A stretch of 64,000 bases of DNA from an uncultured Actinomycetes bacterium. Lineage in GTDB: Bacteria; Actinomycetota; Acidimicrobiia; Spongiisociales; DATADW01. The position numbers and the translations under genes are program-made. The DNA is taken from NCBI GenBank assembly GCA_963824995.1, contig CAWGRK010000017.1, forward strand, positions 11,143-75,142. The letters run 5' to 3'. Each line of letters starts with the position of its first letter. Positions within the stretch are counted from its first letter, which is position 1. The notes beneath the pieces are model-generated. The model saw only the letters and a list, made by a program, of their open reading frames with translations, did not search any database and had not been told where the DNA came from. Positions 1-8,251 of this stretch are shown here, one piece after another.

Positions 1-2
1 GG

Positions 3-227
3 CGACGTCGTCCCGAGATCGCCGAGCTGCCGGTGGTGGGGGGCGCGGTCCTGTTGATCGTCTGGTCGTTGCTCCGGCTGTCCACGTTGTGGATGCCGTC
101 GCTGCCGTCGGGACTGCCAACCGGTATCGAACGTGCGCTGCTGGCGGTGACCCTGGTGCTCGCTTTGTGTGGTCTCGCCTTTTCGATATTCGGACGACAG
201 CCATCGAGTCGAACCGCCGAGAGCTGA
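3..227 (+). CDS. membrane protein, C-terminal fragment (5' end outside window)
   Basis: The frame is open from the window edge to TGA at 225-227. Hydrophobic helices are present (AVLLIVWSLL, LAVTLVLALCGLAF). No family recognised. Confidence 0.3.
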   Translation, partial: RRRPEIAELPVVGGAVLLIVWSLLRLSTLWMPSLPSGLPTGIERALLAVTLVLALCGLAFSIFGRQPSSRTAES

Positions 228-268
228 TCGCCACCGGCATCTGGGACCCCGAGGCCAGCGCCCAGCGG

Positions 269-1258
269 TTAGTCGACTACCACGGTGAGCACGGTGGTTT
301 GCACGACCACGCCGTTCCAGCGCCATCGACCTACGAACTGGTAGGTGCCCGGCCGCATCGAACGGAACTGGTAGACGAACACCTTCTTCGCCTTGCCGCC
401 GGCTGTTCTCAACATGGAACCGTTCGGGTCGAGGGTCTCGCCGTCCACCGTCAGGGCGAAACGGGTTGAGTCGGAGATGAATGTCGAGCGCTCGCCCGTC
501 ATGTAGGGGAGATCGTGGACGACGCCCTCGCGCACCACGTAGGTCCTCCCCGGCGGGAAGTGCTCGGTCCCGGTGCAACGGGTCCGGTCGGCATCGCAGC
601 TTCCGCGGAACCGCCCGCTGAGGCTGATTGTGGGGTAGATCAAATCGAGGTCGAGCGCCCTGGCGAGAAAGCTGGCCATCTGGGCGCGGGTCACCGGGTC
701 GTCGGGACAGTAGGACGTGTCGGTGCAACCCTGGGTGATCCCGTCGGCGGCGATGGCAGCTATCGCACGGGCATGGGTGCTCCCCGGGCTCACGTCGTCG
801 AACACTCGTCCCGGGCGACCGGCCAGTCCCTCGGCGCGAGCGAGAAAGCTGGCCATCTGGGCGCGTGTCACCGGTTCGTCTGGGCAGAAAAGCCGTGGAG
901 TGCAGCCCTCGGTGATCCCTTCTTCCTCGATAGCAGCGATGGCACCGGAGTGCGTGCTTCCCGGGGTCACGTCGTCGAACACCTCCCCCGCCCGTGTGCC
1001 CAACCGGTAGGCACGGGCCAGGAAACTCGCCATCTGCGCCCTGGTTACCGAGAGCGAGGGGCAGTACCGATCCTCGGCACAACCCTTGGTGATCCCGTCG
1101 GCGGCGATGGCGTTGATCGCTGCCTCGTGGTAGTCCCCGTTGTCATCCTCGAATGCACCGCCGGTGTTGGGGAGATCGGCCTGGCCGGAGGCGGGTTGCA
1201 CTGCGACCGCCGTAACCAACGCCGCCACCGCCGTCGCTGCCAGCACCAGCGCTCTCAC
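269..1258 (-). CDS. secreted S-layer-homology (SLH) domain protein: 3 SLH repeats plus a C-terminal beta-rich domain
   Basis: Signal peptide MRALVLAATAVAALVTAVAV. Three ~60-aa repeats follow the pattern F.DV.PGSTH..AIAAI...GIT.GC....YCP..PVTRAQMASFLARA. The ATG at 1258 overlaps the upstream stop (ATGA). Confidence 0.8.
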   Translation of the reverse strand: MRALVLAATAVAALVTAVAVQPASGQADLPNTGGAFEDDNGDYHEAAINAIAADGITKGCAEDRYCPSLSVTRAQMASFLARAYRLGTRAGEVFDDVTPGSTHSGAIAAIEEEGITEGCTPRLFCPDEPVTRAQMASFLARAEGLAGRPGRVFDDVSPGSTHARAIAAIAADGITQGCTDTSYCPDDPVTRAQMASFLARALDLDLIYPTISLSGRFRGSCDADRTRCTGTEHFPPGRTYVVREGVVHDLPYMTGERSTFISDSTRFALTVDGETLDPNGSMLRTAGGKAKKVFVYQFRSMRPGTYQFVGRWRWNGVVVQTTVLTVVVD

Positions 1259-1716
1259 GGATCCACCTCGAGCGTGGCGAGAACCTGGTTGACCTCCTCC
1301 ACGAGCGCCCTTCGGGAGGCGTGGCTGCCGAGAACGACATAGAGGCAGAAGGCACGACCTCCGTCGGAAAAGAACCGCTGGACACCGCTCTGACCCGGGA
1401 TGAGCCGCTGCAACGTTGACGTCGAGAAGTCATCGGGGTGGAGACGGTCGGGGCGAGCGGCGGCGAACAGCACCTTGCCCGCCGACGCCGGGTCGAACTC
1501 GAAGATCGAGACGAAGATGTCGTCGGAGCGCATCATCTCCACCGCGCCGCCGCCGTAATCGCCCCGCTCTGCGGGGAGTTGGAAGGTGGCGGCATGGAGA
1601 ACGGCGTGATTGGTGCCCACGGCTTGTGGGACCGCCTCGGTCCGGTACACCTCCCCCTCCCATCCAGTGGGGAGGTCGATTCGGAGCCGCTCAGAGTCGA
1701 TCTGCACAGAGGTCAC
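1255..1716 (-). CDS. hypothetical protein (no signal peptide or TM segment seen)
   Basis: The GTG at 1716 overlaps the stop of the upstream gene (GTGA). Composition is protein-like from VTSVQIDSERLRIDLPTGWEGEVY onward. The Arg/His-rich N-terminus of the 253-aa track ORF looks like read-through. Confidence 0.5.
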   Translation of the reverse strand: MTSVQIDSERLRIDLPTGWEGEVYRTEAVPQAVGTNHAVLHAATFQLPAERGDYGGGAVEMMRSDDIFVSIFEFDPASAGKVLFAAARPDRLHPDDFSTSTLQRLIPGQSGVQRFFSDGGRAFCLYVVLGSHASRRALVEEVNQVLATLEVDP

Positions 1717-2300
1717 CAGGCGGCGATCACTAGAACAGCCATGGCGGTGAGGGTGGCGATGGTGGCGATGCGGGCATAGGGCGCGGCCTCCGCCAGGCGG
1801 CGGTGCAGCAGCCTCAACCCACTGGGGTCGACAACGCGTGACGAGGCGAGCAGGGTCGCCGCCCTTGCTCCGCCGAAGATCGCTCCGATCATGATCCCGG
1901 TTCCGACGGAGCCGGTCAGGGCCGCCAAGGCAAAGGTGGCGTAGACCGCGGCGGTTGTGACGATGGTCACCACCCCGAGCCCCAGTTGAAAACCGAAGCC
2001 GGCGCCGTAGACCCAACCGCGGTAACGGTGCAACCAGTCATCGTCCACCTGCCGTCTCGCCCCGGGAAGCCGTCTCCCGGATGTGTCCAGCAGCGCCGCC
2101 GAGAGGCAGATGAGGACGGCCAGCCAGGCCACCACAACCGGGCCGGGTGAGAGCATTGCCCCGAGCACCGCCCCGATGGCGCCGGCGATCCCACCCGCAA
2201 TGACGCCACCTGCCACCGACCCGGCTATGTAGGCCGTGGCGGTGATCCAGAACCGGTTGTGTCTTGCCCGCTCGCCGAGCGGGTGGATGCTGGCCAGCAT
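1713..2300 (-). CDS. polytopic membrane protein (about 5-6 TM), family not recognised
   Basis: ATG 2300 is preceded by a GAGGGGAG RBS. Gly/Ala-rich TM helices. It is a member of the mauE/mauD-like operon. Confidence 0.6.
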   Translation of the reverse strand: MLASIHPLGERARHNRFWITATAYIAGSVAGGVIAGGIAGAIGAVLGAMLSPGPVVVAWLAVLICLSAALLDTSGRRLPGARRQVDDDWLHRYRGWVYGAGFGFQLGLGVVTIVTTAAVYATFALAALTGSVGTGIMIGAIFGGARAATLLASSRVVDPSGLRLLHRRLAEAAPYARIATIATLTAMAVLVIAAW

Positions 2301-2380
2301 CGACTCCCCTCAGGGTGACCAGGCGGAGCGCAGCCCGGCCATCAGGGCCACCACAGCCGCGCCCGCGAACAGCATGTCGC

Positions 2381-3094
2381 TCATGTGTCATCCGTCTCGT
2401 CGGCGATCCGATAAAGGCTGGGGTGACCAGGCACGATTCCTCCGGCGAGCAGTTCACGGGTCTCGCGGTCGGAGACCGGCCCGTCTGCCATCAGATCGTC
2501 GGCGCGAGCTCGCTCGAGCAGTGAGACCATCTGCCGCCAAGAGGCAGCGGCTCCCTCACCGGCAACCCGTCCCGAAGGCCCGTCCACCAGGATGAAATAG
2601 GGCGCCACGGGTACCCGGTAGTGGTCCCACGCCTCGCTCGACATGGCGGTGGTGACACCGTGGGGAGCGAGTGCGGCGACCGTGGATTCGCTCTCGGCTT
2701 CGGGGCCCTTGGTCACCACCACCAGACGGACGCCCGCCGGGATGCGCTGGTCCTCGCCGAACGCCTTCCAAAACCCGGCACAGGTAGCACACCCGCTGCT
2801 GAGGAAGGCGAGCAGCGTCTGGCGCTCGACACCGACGACAGCCACCTTCACCGCCCCGCCACCCGGGCGCCTGCCGGAGAGGTCGGCCGCGGCGGTGGCC
2901 TCTGCCCGAGGTGGAGGCACGCCCGGTCTGGTTCGGAGGGGGACCGTTGCCGTCTCGCTGTCCTCGCCCGCCCCCAGTCGGTGCAGGCTGCGCAGGATGT
3001 CGGCATGGCTTCGCAGCAGTCCGAACACAAGGACGCCGAGCACCGCGATGACGACAGCCTCCAGGATCACGAGGGTGAGCAGCGCGGCATCCAT
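2381..3094 (-). CDS. membrane-anchored thioredoxin-like protein (MauD/TlpA-like)
   Basis: ATG 3094 overlaps the upstream stop (TGATG). It has an N-terminal TM segment LLTLVILEAVVIAVLGVLVFGLL and a CxxC motif (SSGCATCAGFW) in a thioredoxin-fold-like region. Confidence 0.7.
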   Translation of the reverse strand: MDAALLTLVILEAVVIAVLGVLVFGLLRSHADILRSLHRLGAGEDSETATVPLRTRPGVPPPRAEATAAADLSGRRPGGGAVKVAVVGVERQTLLAFLSSGCATCAGFWKAFGEDQRIPAGVRLVVVTKGPEAESESTVAALAPHGVTTAMSSEAWDHYRVPVAPYFILVDGPSGRVAGEGAAASWRQMVSLLERARADDLMADGPVSDRETRELLAGGIVPGHPSLYRIADETDDT

Positions 3095-4428
3095 CACGAA
3101 ACGCCCCAGACCAACGGCGTGCCGTCGGAAGGCCCAAAATCGAATGTGACCTGGGACCCCCCACCCGTGGGCGTCTGGCGCAACCGCCATTGTCCGGAGT
3201 CGAAGATCCCGATCCCATCGATTCCGTCGCCATTCCAATCACCTACGACGGGGGAACCGGCGGCCCCGAAGGTGAAGATCCGGTCGGCAGTCCCGCTCGT
3301 CAACGAATCGCGCAGCAGCCACTCACCGTCGCGGTACAGGCCGGGCGAGTCCCCGCCGCTGCCATCCCAATCACCAACGAGAGGAACGCCGTCGCCGCCT
3401 CCGTATTCGAACTCGATGTCTGGCGGTCCCGACCCGAGGCTTGTTCGGAGCATCCAGGTCCCGCCGCGCACCACACCTGGGAGGTCTCTTCCATCACCCG
3501 TCCAGTCGCCCACCACCGGGATGTCGCCGATGCGGCCGAACTCGAAGACGATGTCCGGCTCTCCGTCGCCTGGCGCGCTGCGTAGCAGCCAGACCAGCCC
3601 TGTATCGGAGAGGCGGCCAAAGCGGGTTCCGCGGACGATCCCGGCCGTGGCGGTCCCCGACGCAGTCCAGTCGCCCATCACCGGGTGGTCGCCGATGATC
3701 CCGTATTCGAACTTCTGGTTGGCGCCGCCATCGGTCAGCGAGTTGCGCAGCCGCCATGTGTTGCCGTTGACCACCGCGGGCCGTGCCATCAGCGGGGGAG
3801 GGGCGTGCAGGCACGGTCTGTCGTGGAAGCGGGTGTTGTTGTCGGTGGCGACCGTCGCCGAGCACGATTCGTCGCTCTCCCATGGTGGGGTGCAGGTCAC
3901 CACCCGGCACACGATGGGGCCAACACAGGCTACGTCCTGGTTGCACTGGCCATAGCGAAAAGCGGCACAGCACGCCTTCCGGTTGCCGCAGGTTCCGGCG
4001 CCGCAGCCACAGTCGCACAACCCGACACAACCCGACCCGCACGTCCCCGACGAACCGCAGCCACAACTCCCACAGTTGTCCACGTTGCAGTCGATGTAGT
4101 ACCTGGGCAGGTCGGCGCCATCCTGGACGCAGAAACCGCTGACGTCCGCCTTCCACCATCCAGCGGCGAGCGTCCCGGATGGGCAGGAGTTCGACCCGTA
4201 AAGGGTGCAGCAGAACTCGGTGTAACCGTCACAACACAGCGCCGAGCAGTCACAGGACGAGCCCGAGCAACTGCATATGGCCGAGTACGCCGACACCGGC
4301 CGCAGCGTGTAGGCGACCGGGGCGGTGGCCAGGGCCGATCCGACGAGGGCGGCGTTTCTCAGAAAGCCGCGCCTGCTGGTCCTCGCGGCGAGGAACCGGC
4401 TCCCAGCGTCTACCAGCCGGACGCTCAC
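3094..4428 (-). CDS. Tat-signal protein: cysteine-rich MauA-like (methylamine dehydrogenase light-chain-like) domain fused to about 5 FG-GAP/VCBS repeats
   Basis: GTG 4428 overlaps the mauE-like stop (GTGA). Twin-arginine motif TSRRGFLRNAALVGSALATAP. The domain has 28 Cys in 156 aa, including NSCPSGTLAAGWWKA...YYIDCN..CG. It is followed by repeats of the form W.LR....G......F.FG..GD.PVVGDW.GDG. Confidence 0.75.
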   Translation of the reverse strand: MSVRLVDAGSRFLAARTSRRGFLRNAALVGSALATAPVAYTLRPVSAYSAICSCSGSSCDCSALCCDGYTEFCCTLYGSNSCPSGTLAAGWWKADVSGFCVQDGADLPRYYIDCNVDNCGSCGCGSSGTCGSGCVGLCDCGCGAGTCGNRKACCAAFRYGQCNQDVACVGPIVCRVVTCTPPWESDESCSATVATDNNTRFHDRPCLHAPPPLMARPAVVNGNTWRLRNSLTDGGANQKFEYGIIGDHPVMGDWTASGTATAGIVRGTRFGRLSDTGLVWLLRSAPGDGEPDIVFEFGRIGDIPVVGDWTGDGRDLPGVVRGGTWMLRTSLGSGPPDIEFEYGGGDGVPLVGDWDGSGGDSPGLYRDGEWLLRDSLTSGTADRIFTFGAAGSPVVGDWNGDGIDGIGIFDSGQWRLRQTPTGGGSQVTFDFGPSDGTPLVWGVS

Positions 4429-5054
4429 CGACCGGCCCGGGCCGCGTTGAGACGGGGCAGTTCGGTCATCGCCATGACCACGCCTGCCACGCCGATCACC
4501 AGGAATGCGAGGAAGGGGATGCCCGCCCACGGCTGGGTTGCGACCAGGTCAACGATCCCGGATGGCGGCGCCACAAGGGCTGCGGTGAGGCACACCCCGG
4601 CGGCGACGAGATCGATAACAAGATGGGTCGATCCGGGGGGCGCATCCTCCTGGCCGAAACACCCACAGGAAGCGACCTCGATACGACCCGACATCGCCGC
4701 AGCGACAAAACCGGCGAACACCAGATAGAAGCCGGCGACCACCAGCGCCGCCGCCCGCCCGCCGAAGACCAGCGCCGCCGAACCGGCAACCAACTCGGCC
4801 GCTCCCATCAGCCGCGCCGCCACCCGCGCAGCAGGGATATGCAGCGCAGCCAGAGCGCCGGCGGCCGGACCCGGCCGGACCAACTTCATCGCCCCACCCA
4901 CAGCCAGCACCGCGGCAGCCAGGACGAATGGACCGCTCAGCACGCGGCGAGCATAGGCAGAGACCTTTCGGAAGACCACGTTGCCCACACGGCCCAACGG
5001 CGATGGCGGGGTAACATCTGGACCCCCCAACTGGCAGGAGGGTCGAATCTCCAT
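4425..5054 (-). CDS. MauE/DoxX-family redox-associated membrane protein
   Basis: Four TM helices and the characteristic SCGCFG motif (RIEVASCGCFGQEDAP). The start is uncertain: ATG 5054 or in-frame GTG at 4988 or 4979. Confidence 0.75.
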   Translation of the reverse strand: MEIRPSCQLGGPDVTPPSPLGRVGNVVFRKVSAYARRVLSGPFVLAAAVLAVGGAMKLVRPGPAAGALAALHIPAARVAARLMGAAELVAGSAALVFGGRAAALVVAGFYLVFAGFVAAAMSGRIEVASCGCFGQEDAPPGSTHLVIDLVAAGVCLTAALVAPPSGIVDLVATQPWAGIPFLAFLVIGVAGVVMAMTELPRLNAARAGR

Positions 5055-5071
5055 CCCCGACGTGGCTCGCG

Positions 5072-5602
5072 TTGGCCCGGGTGGTCCTGGTGCCGGTCAT
5101 CATGTGGTTGATAAGCGCCAACCAGCGGATCGACCATGGGTTTGGTTACGCCGCTGTGCTGTTCTTCGTGGCGGCGCTCACCGACTTCCTCGACGGATAC
5201 TTCGCCAGGCGTTGGGGGATAACGACCGTCCTCGGTGCCTTCCTCGACACCACGGCGGACAAGTTCCTCGTCACCGGGACGTTGCTCGCACTGATCGCGG
5301 TAGACCGGGCGTCGATCTGGGTGACTCTGATAATCGTGCTCAGGGAGTTCGTCGTAATGGCGCTGCGAGGACTGGCGGCGATGAGCGGCACCATGGTCAA
5401 GCCATCCATTTGGGGGAAGCTCAAGGCGAGCATCCAGTTCCTCGCCATACTCCTCGCCATCCTCCGGCTACCCGAGCCGTGGGGCCCGCTTTACCTCGAT
5501 GAGTGGGTCATGTGGCTGGCGGCGATCGTGACCATTGCGTCGGGGTGGCAATACGTGGCCAGTTTCTGGTCGGTGGTACGCGCTGTAGATACGCGGACGT
5601 GA
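5072..5602 (+). CDS. pgsA: CDP-diacylglycerol--glycerol-3-phosphate 3-phosphatidyltransferase (CDP-alcohol phosphatidyltransferase)
   Basis: Motif DFLDGYFARRWGITTVLGAFLDTTADK matches D(x2)DG(x2)AR...G(x3)D(x3)D. The TTG start at 5072 looks N-terminally short; the frame is open back to 5015 with only a CTG candidate. Confidence 0.8.
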   Translation: MARVVLVPVIMWLISANQRIDHGFGYAAVLFFVAALTDFLDGYFARRWGITTVLGAFLDTTADKFLVTGTLLALIAVDRASIWVTLIIVLREFVVMALRGLAAMSGTMVKPSIWGKLKASIQFLAILLAILRLPEPWGPLYLDEWVMWLAAIVTIASGWQYVASFWSVVRAVDTRT

Positions 5603-6606
5603 CGGTCGCAGGACCCGTAATGGTGACCGGCGCCACCGGCGTGGTTGGAGCGCCGATCCTGCGGCTCCTTGTGGAATCCGGACGGCGAGTCGGCGCTCTG
5701 GTTCGGTCTGCCGGCTCGGCCGAATCCGTCGAGGCGGCCGGAGCGGTGGCGGTCAACGGCGATCTGCTCAACCATGCTTCGCTGGTCCGCGCCTTCTCCG
5801 GGTTCGAGTCGGTGTACCACGTAGGTGGGGTCAACCAGTTCTGTGTCTCCGACTCCGGCCCCATGGAGGCGGCCAACATCGACGGTTCCCGCAACGTCGT
5901 CCGTGCATGCGCCGCAGTCGGGGTGCGGCGTCTCGTCTACACATCGTCGGCAGCGTCGATCGGGGAGGAGGAAGGCACCGTCGGTGACGAGCGCTCGCCG
6001 CACCGCGGATGGTTCCTGTCGGGATACGAGAGGTCCAAGTATCTGGCCGAGCAGGCGGTCTTCGCCGAAAGGACCCCGGTGGAGGTGGTTGCGGTCAACC
6101 CTTCCTCGGTGCAGGGACCGGGCAGAGCGAGCGGGACCGGAAAGCTCATCCTCCAGGTGATCGATGGAAGGCTTCCAGTGCTGGTGGATACGAGGGTGAG
6201 CATGGTGGACATCGACGACTGCGCCCGCGGGCACCTGCTGGCGGAGGCGAATGGCACCCCCGGACAGCGCTACATCCTCAACGGTTTCACGCTCGACATC
6301 CGCCAGGCGCTCGACCTCCTCGAACGGGTCACTGGACGGCGTGCGAAGGTTCGATTCCTCCCCGGGTGGGTGGCGCTCGCAGGCGCCGGCGCGTACGGGG
6401 CGGTCTCGAGACTGATCGGCCGGCACCCGAGGTTCTGTTGGGAGATGGCGCGCACCATGCTCCACGGTCACGCCTACGACGGTTCCAGGGCGACCCGCGA
6501 TCTCGGTTTGGCCTACACCCCGGCAGGGGAGACGCTCAGCCGTCTCTATTCGTGGGCCCTGGAGCAGGGCCTGGTTGGGCCGCCGACCAATGCGGCCAGG
6601 ACATGA
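5599..6606 (+). CDS. NAD-dependent epimerase/dehydratase (extended SDR)
   Basis: Rossmann motif VTGATGVVGAPILRLL and YxxxK (YERSKYLAE). GTG 5599 overlaps the pgsA stop (GTGA). ATG 5620 is an alternative start. Confidence 0.8.
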   Translation: MTVAGPVMVTGATGVVGAPILRLLVESGRRVGALVRSAGSAESVEAAGAVAVNGDLLNHASLVRAFSGFESVYHVGGVNQFCVSDSGPMEAANIDGSRNVVRACAAVGVRRLVYTSSAASIGEEEGTVGDERSPHRGWFLSGYERSKYLAEQAVFAERTPVEVVAVNPSSVQGPGRASGTGKLILQVIDGRLPVLVDTRVSMVDIDDCARGHLLAEANGTPGQRYILNGFTLDIRQALDLLERVTGRRAKVRFLPGWVALAGAGAYGAVSRLIGRHPRFCWEMARTMLHGHAYDGSRATRDLGLAYTPAGETLSRLYSWALEQGLVGPPTNAART

Positions 6607-7040
6607 CCCCGCCAGGACCAACGGCGCTCACCCCCGGCCAGGTGAACGACTACTTCCATTCGGGCTACCCGTCGGCCGCCGAGTCAGGCATCCGCTGCGA
6701 CGATCTCGGCGACGGTTGGGCGCAAGCGCGTTGGACGTACAACCCCAACCAACTTCGTCCGGGGGGTTACATAAGTGGTCCAACGCAGTTCACCCTCGCC
6801 GACACCGCCATCTGGTTCGCCGTCTTCACGGTTATCGGGATTGCGCCCATGGCGGTGACCACCGATCTCTCGATTTCTTTCCTGCGCCCCGCCACCGGCG
6901 CCGATCTCCTGGCACGGGCCGAACTCGACAGGGTGGGGCGGACCCGAATGTCGGCCCGCGTGCTGCTCTGGGTCGACGGCGCCCGTGACCGTCCCGTATC
7001 CCATGCGATCGGCAGCTACGCCCGGCCCCAGGATCTCTAA
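6603..7040 (+). CDS. PaaI-family hotdog-fold thioesterase
   Basis: ATGA overlap with the upstream gene. Hotdog-like sequence GGYISGPTQFTLADTAIWFAVF...TTDLSISFLRPA. Confidence 0.7.
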   Translation: MTPPGPTALTPGQVNDYFHSGYPSAAESGIRCDDLGDGWAQARWTYNPNQLRPGGYISGPTQFTLADTAIWFAVFTVIGIAPMAVTTDLSISFLRPATGADLLARAELDRVGRTRMSARVLLWVDGARDRPVSHAIGSYARPQDL

Positions 7041-7159
7041 CCGCTACCCGCCAACCGGTGAGTGGAGGGGGTTCCGCTAGTCTTCCACGGTCCGGGAACC
7101 AGGCGCTTCTCGCCGCCGTCTCATACCGGTCGCTCCCTTTCGATCCAAGTCGAGCCTTC

Positions 7160-8171
7160 ATGGACACGTTGACCCAACCGAAAACCAATCCCCCCCGCCC
7201 ACCATCCCGCCAGCCTGTGCGTAGGCGTCGCCGGCGGGGCCGGGGGTGGGTGCTCTTCTTCCTGCTCCTGGCAGTTGTTGCCGTCTTTGCCGCTGCCGGC
7301 TACGTCTATCTCGACCAACTCGCCATGGATCGCGTGTCCGTGGACACCCTGTCGGCGGCGGGAGGACCGACCAACTACCTGATCGTCGGATCCGACAGCC
7401 GTGAGGACCTTCCCGACGATCTGGAGGGGAACTTCGGTGACTTCAGCGGCTCCCGTTCCGACGTGATCATCCTCGCCCATGTAACCGACGGGCGTCGCCA
7501 GCTGCTCAGCCTGCCGCCGCGACCTCAAGGTGGACATTCCCGGTGAGGGCACCAACCGGATAAACGCCGCCTACGCCTTTGGCGGTCCTGAGCTGCTCAC
7601 CGAGACGGTCATCGATGAGTTCGGCATGCCCGTTCACCATTACCTCGAGGTCGACTTCGGGGGCTTCGCATCGATAATCGACGCCGTGGGCGGGATCGAA
7701 CTCGATATCCCCTACCCGGCACGCGACCTCAAGTCCGGGCTCGAGATCGATGCGGGCGAGCAGACCGTGGACGGCGCAACTGCCCTCGCCTACGCCCGCT
7801 CGAGACAGTACGAGGAGCTGCGTGACGGAGAGTGGGTCCCTCGGGGTGGCGGCGACCCAGGCAGAACCTCGCGCCAGCGCGAGGTCATGCTCCAGGTGCT
7901 CGCCAAGGTGGGTAGCCCGGCGGTCCTCGTCCGCACCCCCGGCCTGGTCACCGCGGTCTCCTCCAACCTCACGGCCGACGAGGGGCTCTCGCTCTGGGAC
8001 CTGCTCCAAACCGGGGTGGCGATGCGGTTCGCCGGGGAGACCGACACCGTTTCCCTACCGGTGGTCAGTGCGCCGGAGAATGGCGTCGCCTATGTCGCCC
8101 GCGATGAGCCCGAAGCGACCGACATGATCGACGACTTCTCCGACGGGCGCCCCTTGGAAACCGAGGAGTAG
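7160..8171 (+). pseudogene. LytR-CpsA-Psr (LCP) family cell-envelope transferase, one +1 frame break as sequenced
   Basis: N-terminal TM, then NYLIVGSDSRE...RSDVIILAHV in frame 2. The conserved LSLP|RDLKVDIPG..NRINAAYAFGG continues in frame 0. There is an extra base near 7517 within ccgCcgc. Confidence 0.75.
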
Positions 8172-8251
8172 GGCCGGCGTCTCAGTTCCCCTGGCGAAGC
8201 CGAGGGGGGCTGGTTCATTCCCAAACGTACGCTGGGGGGGACGGATTCGGC

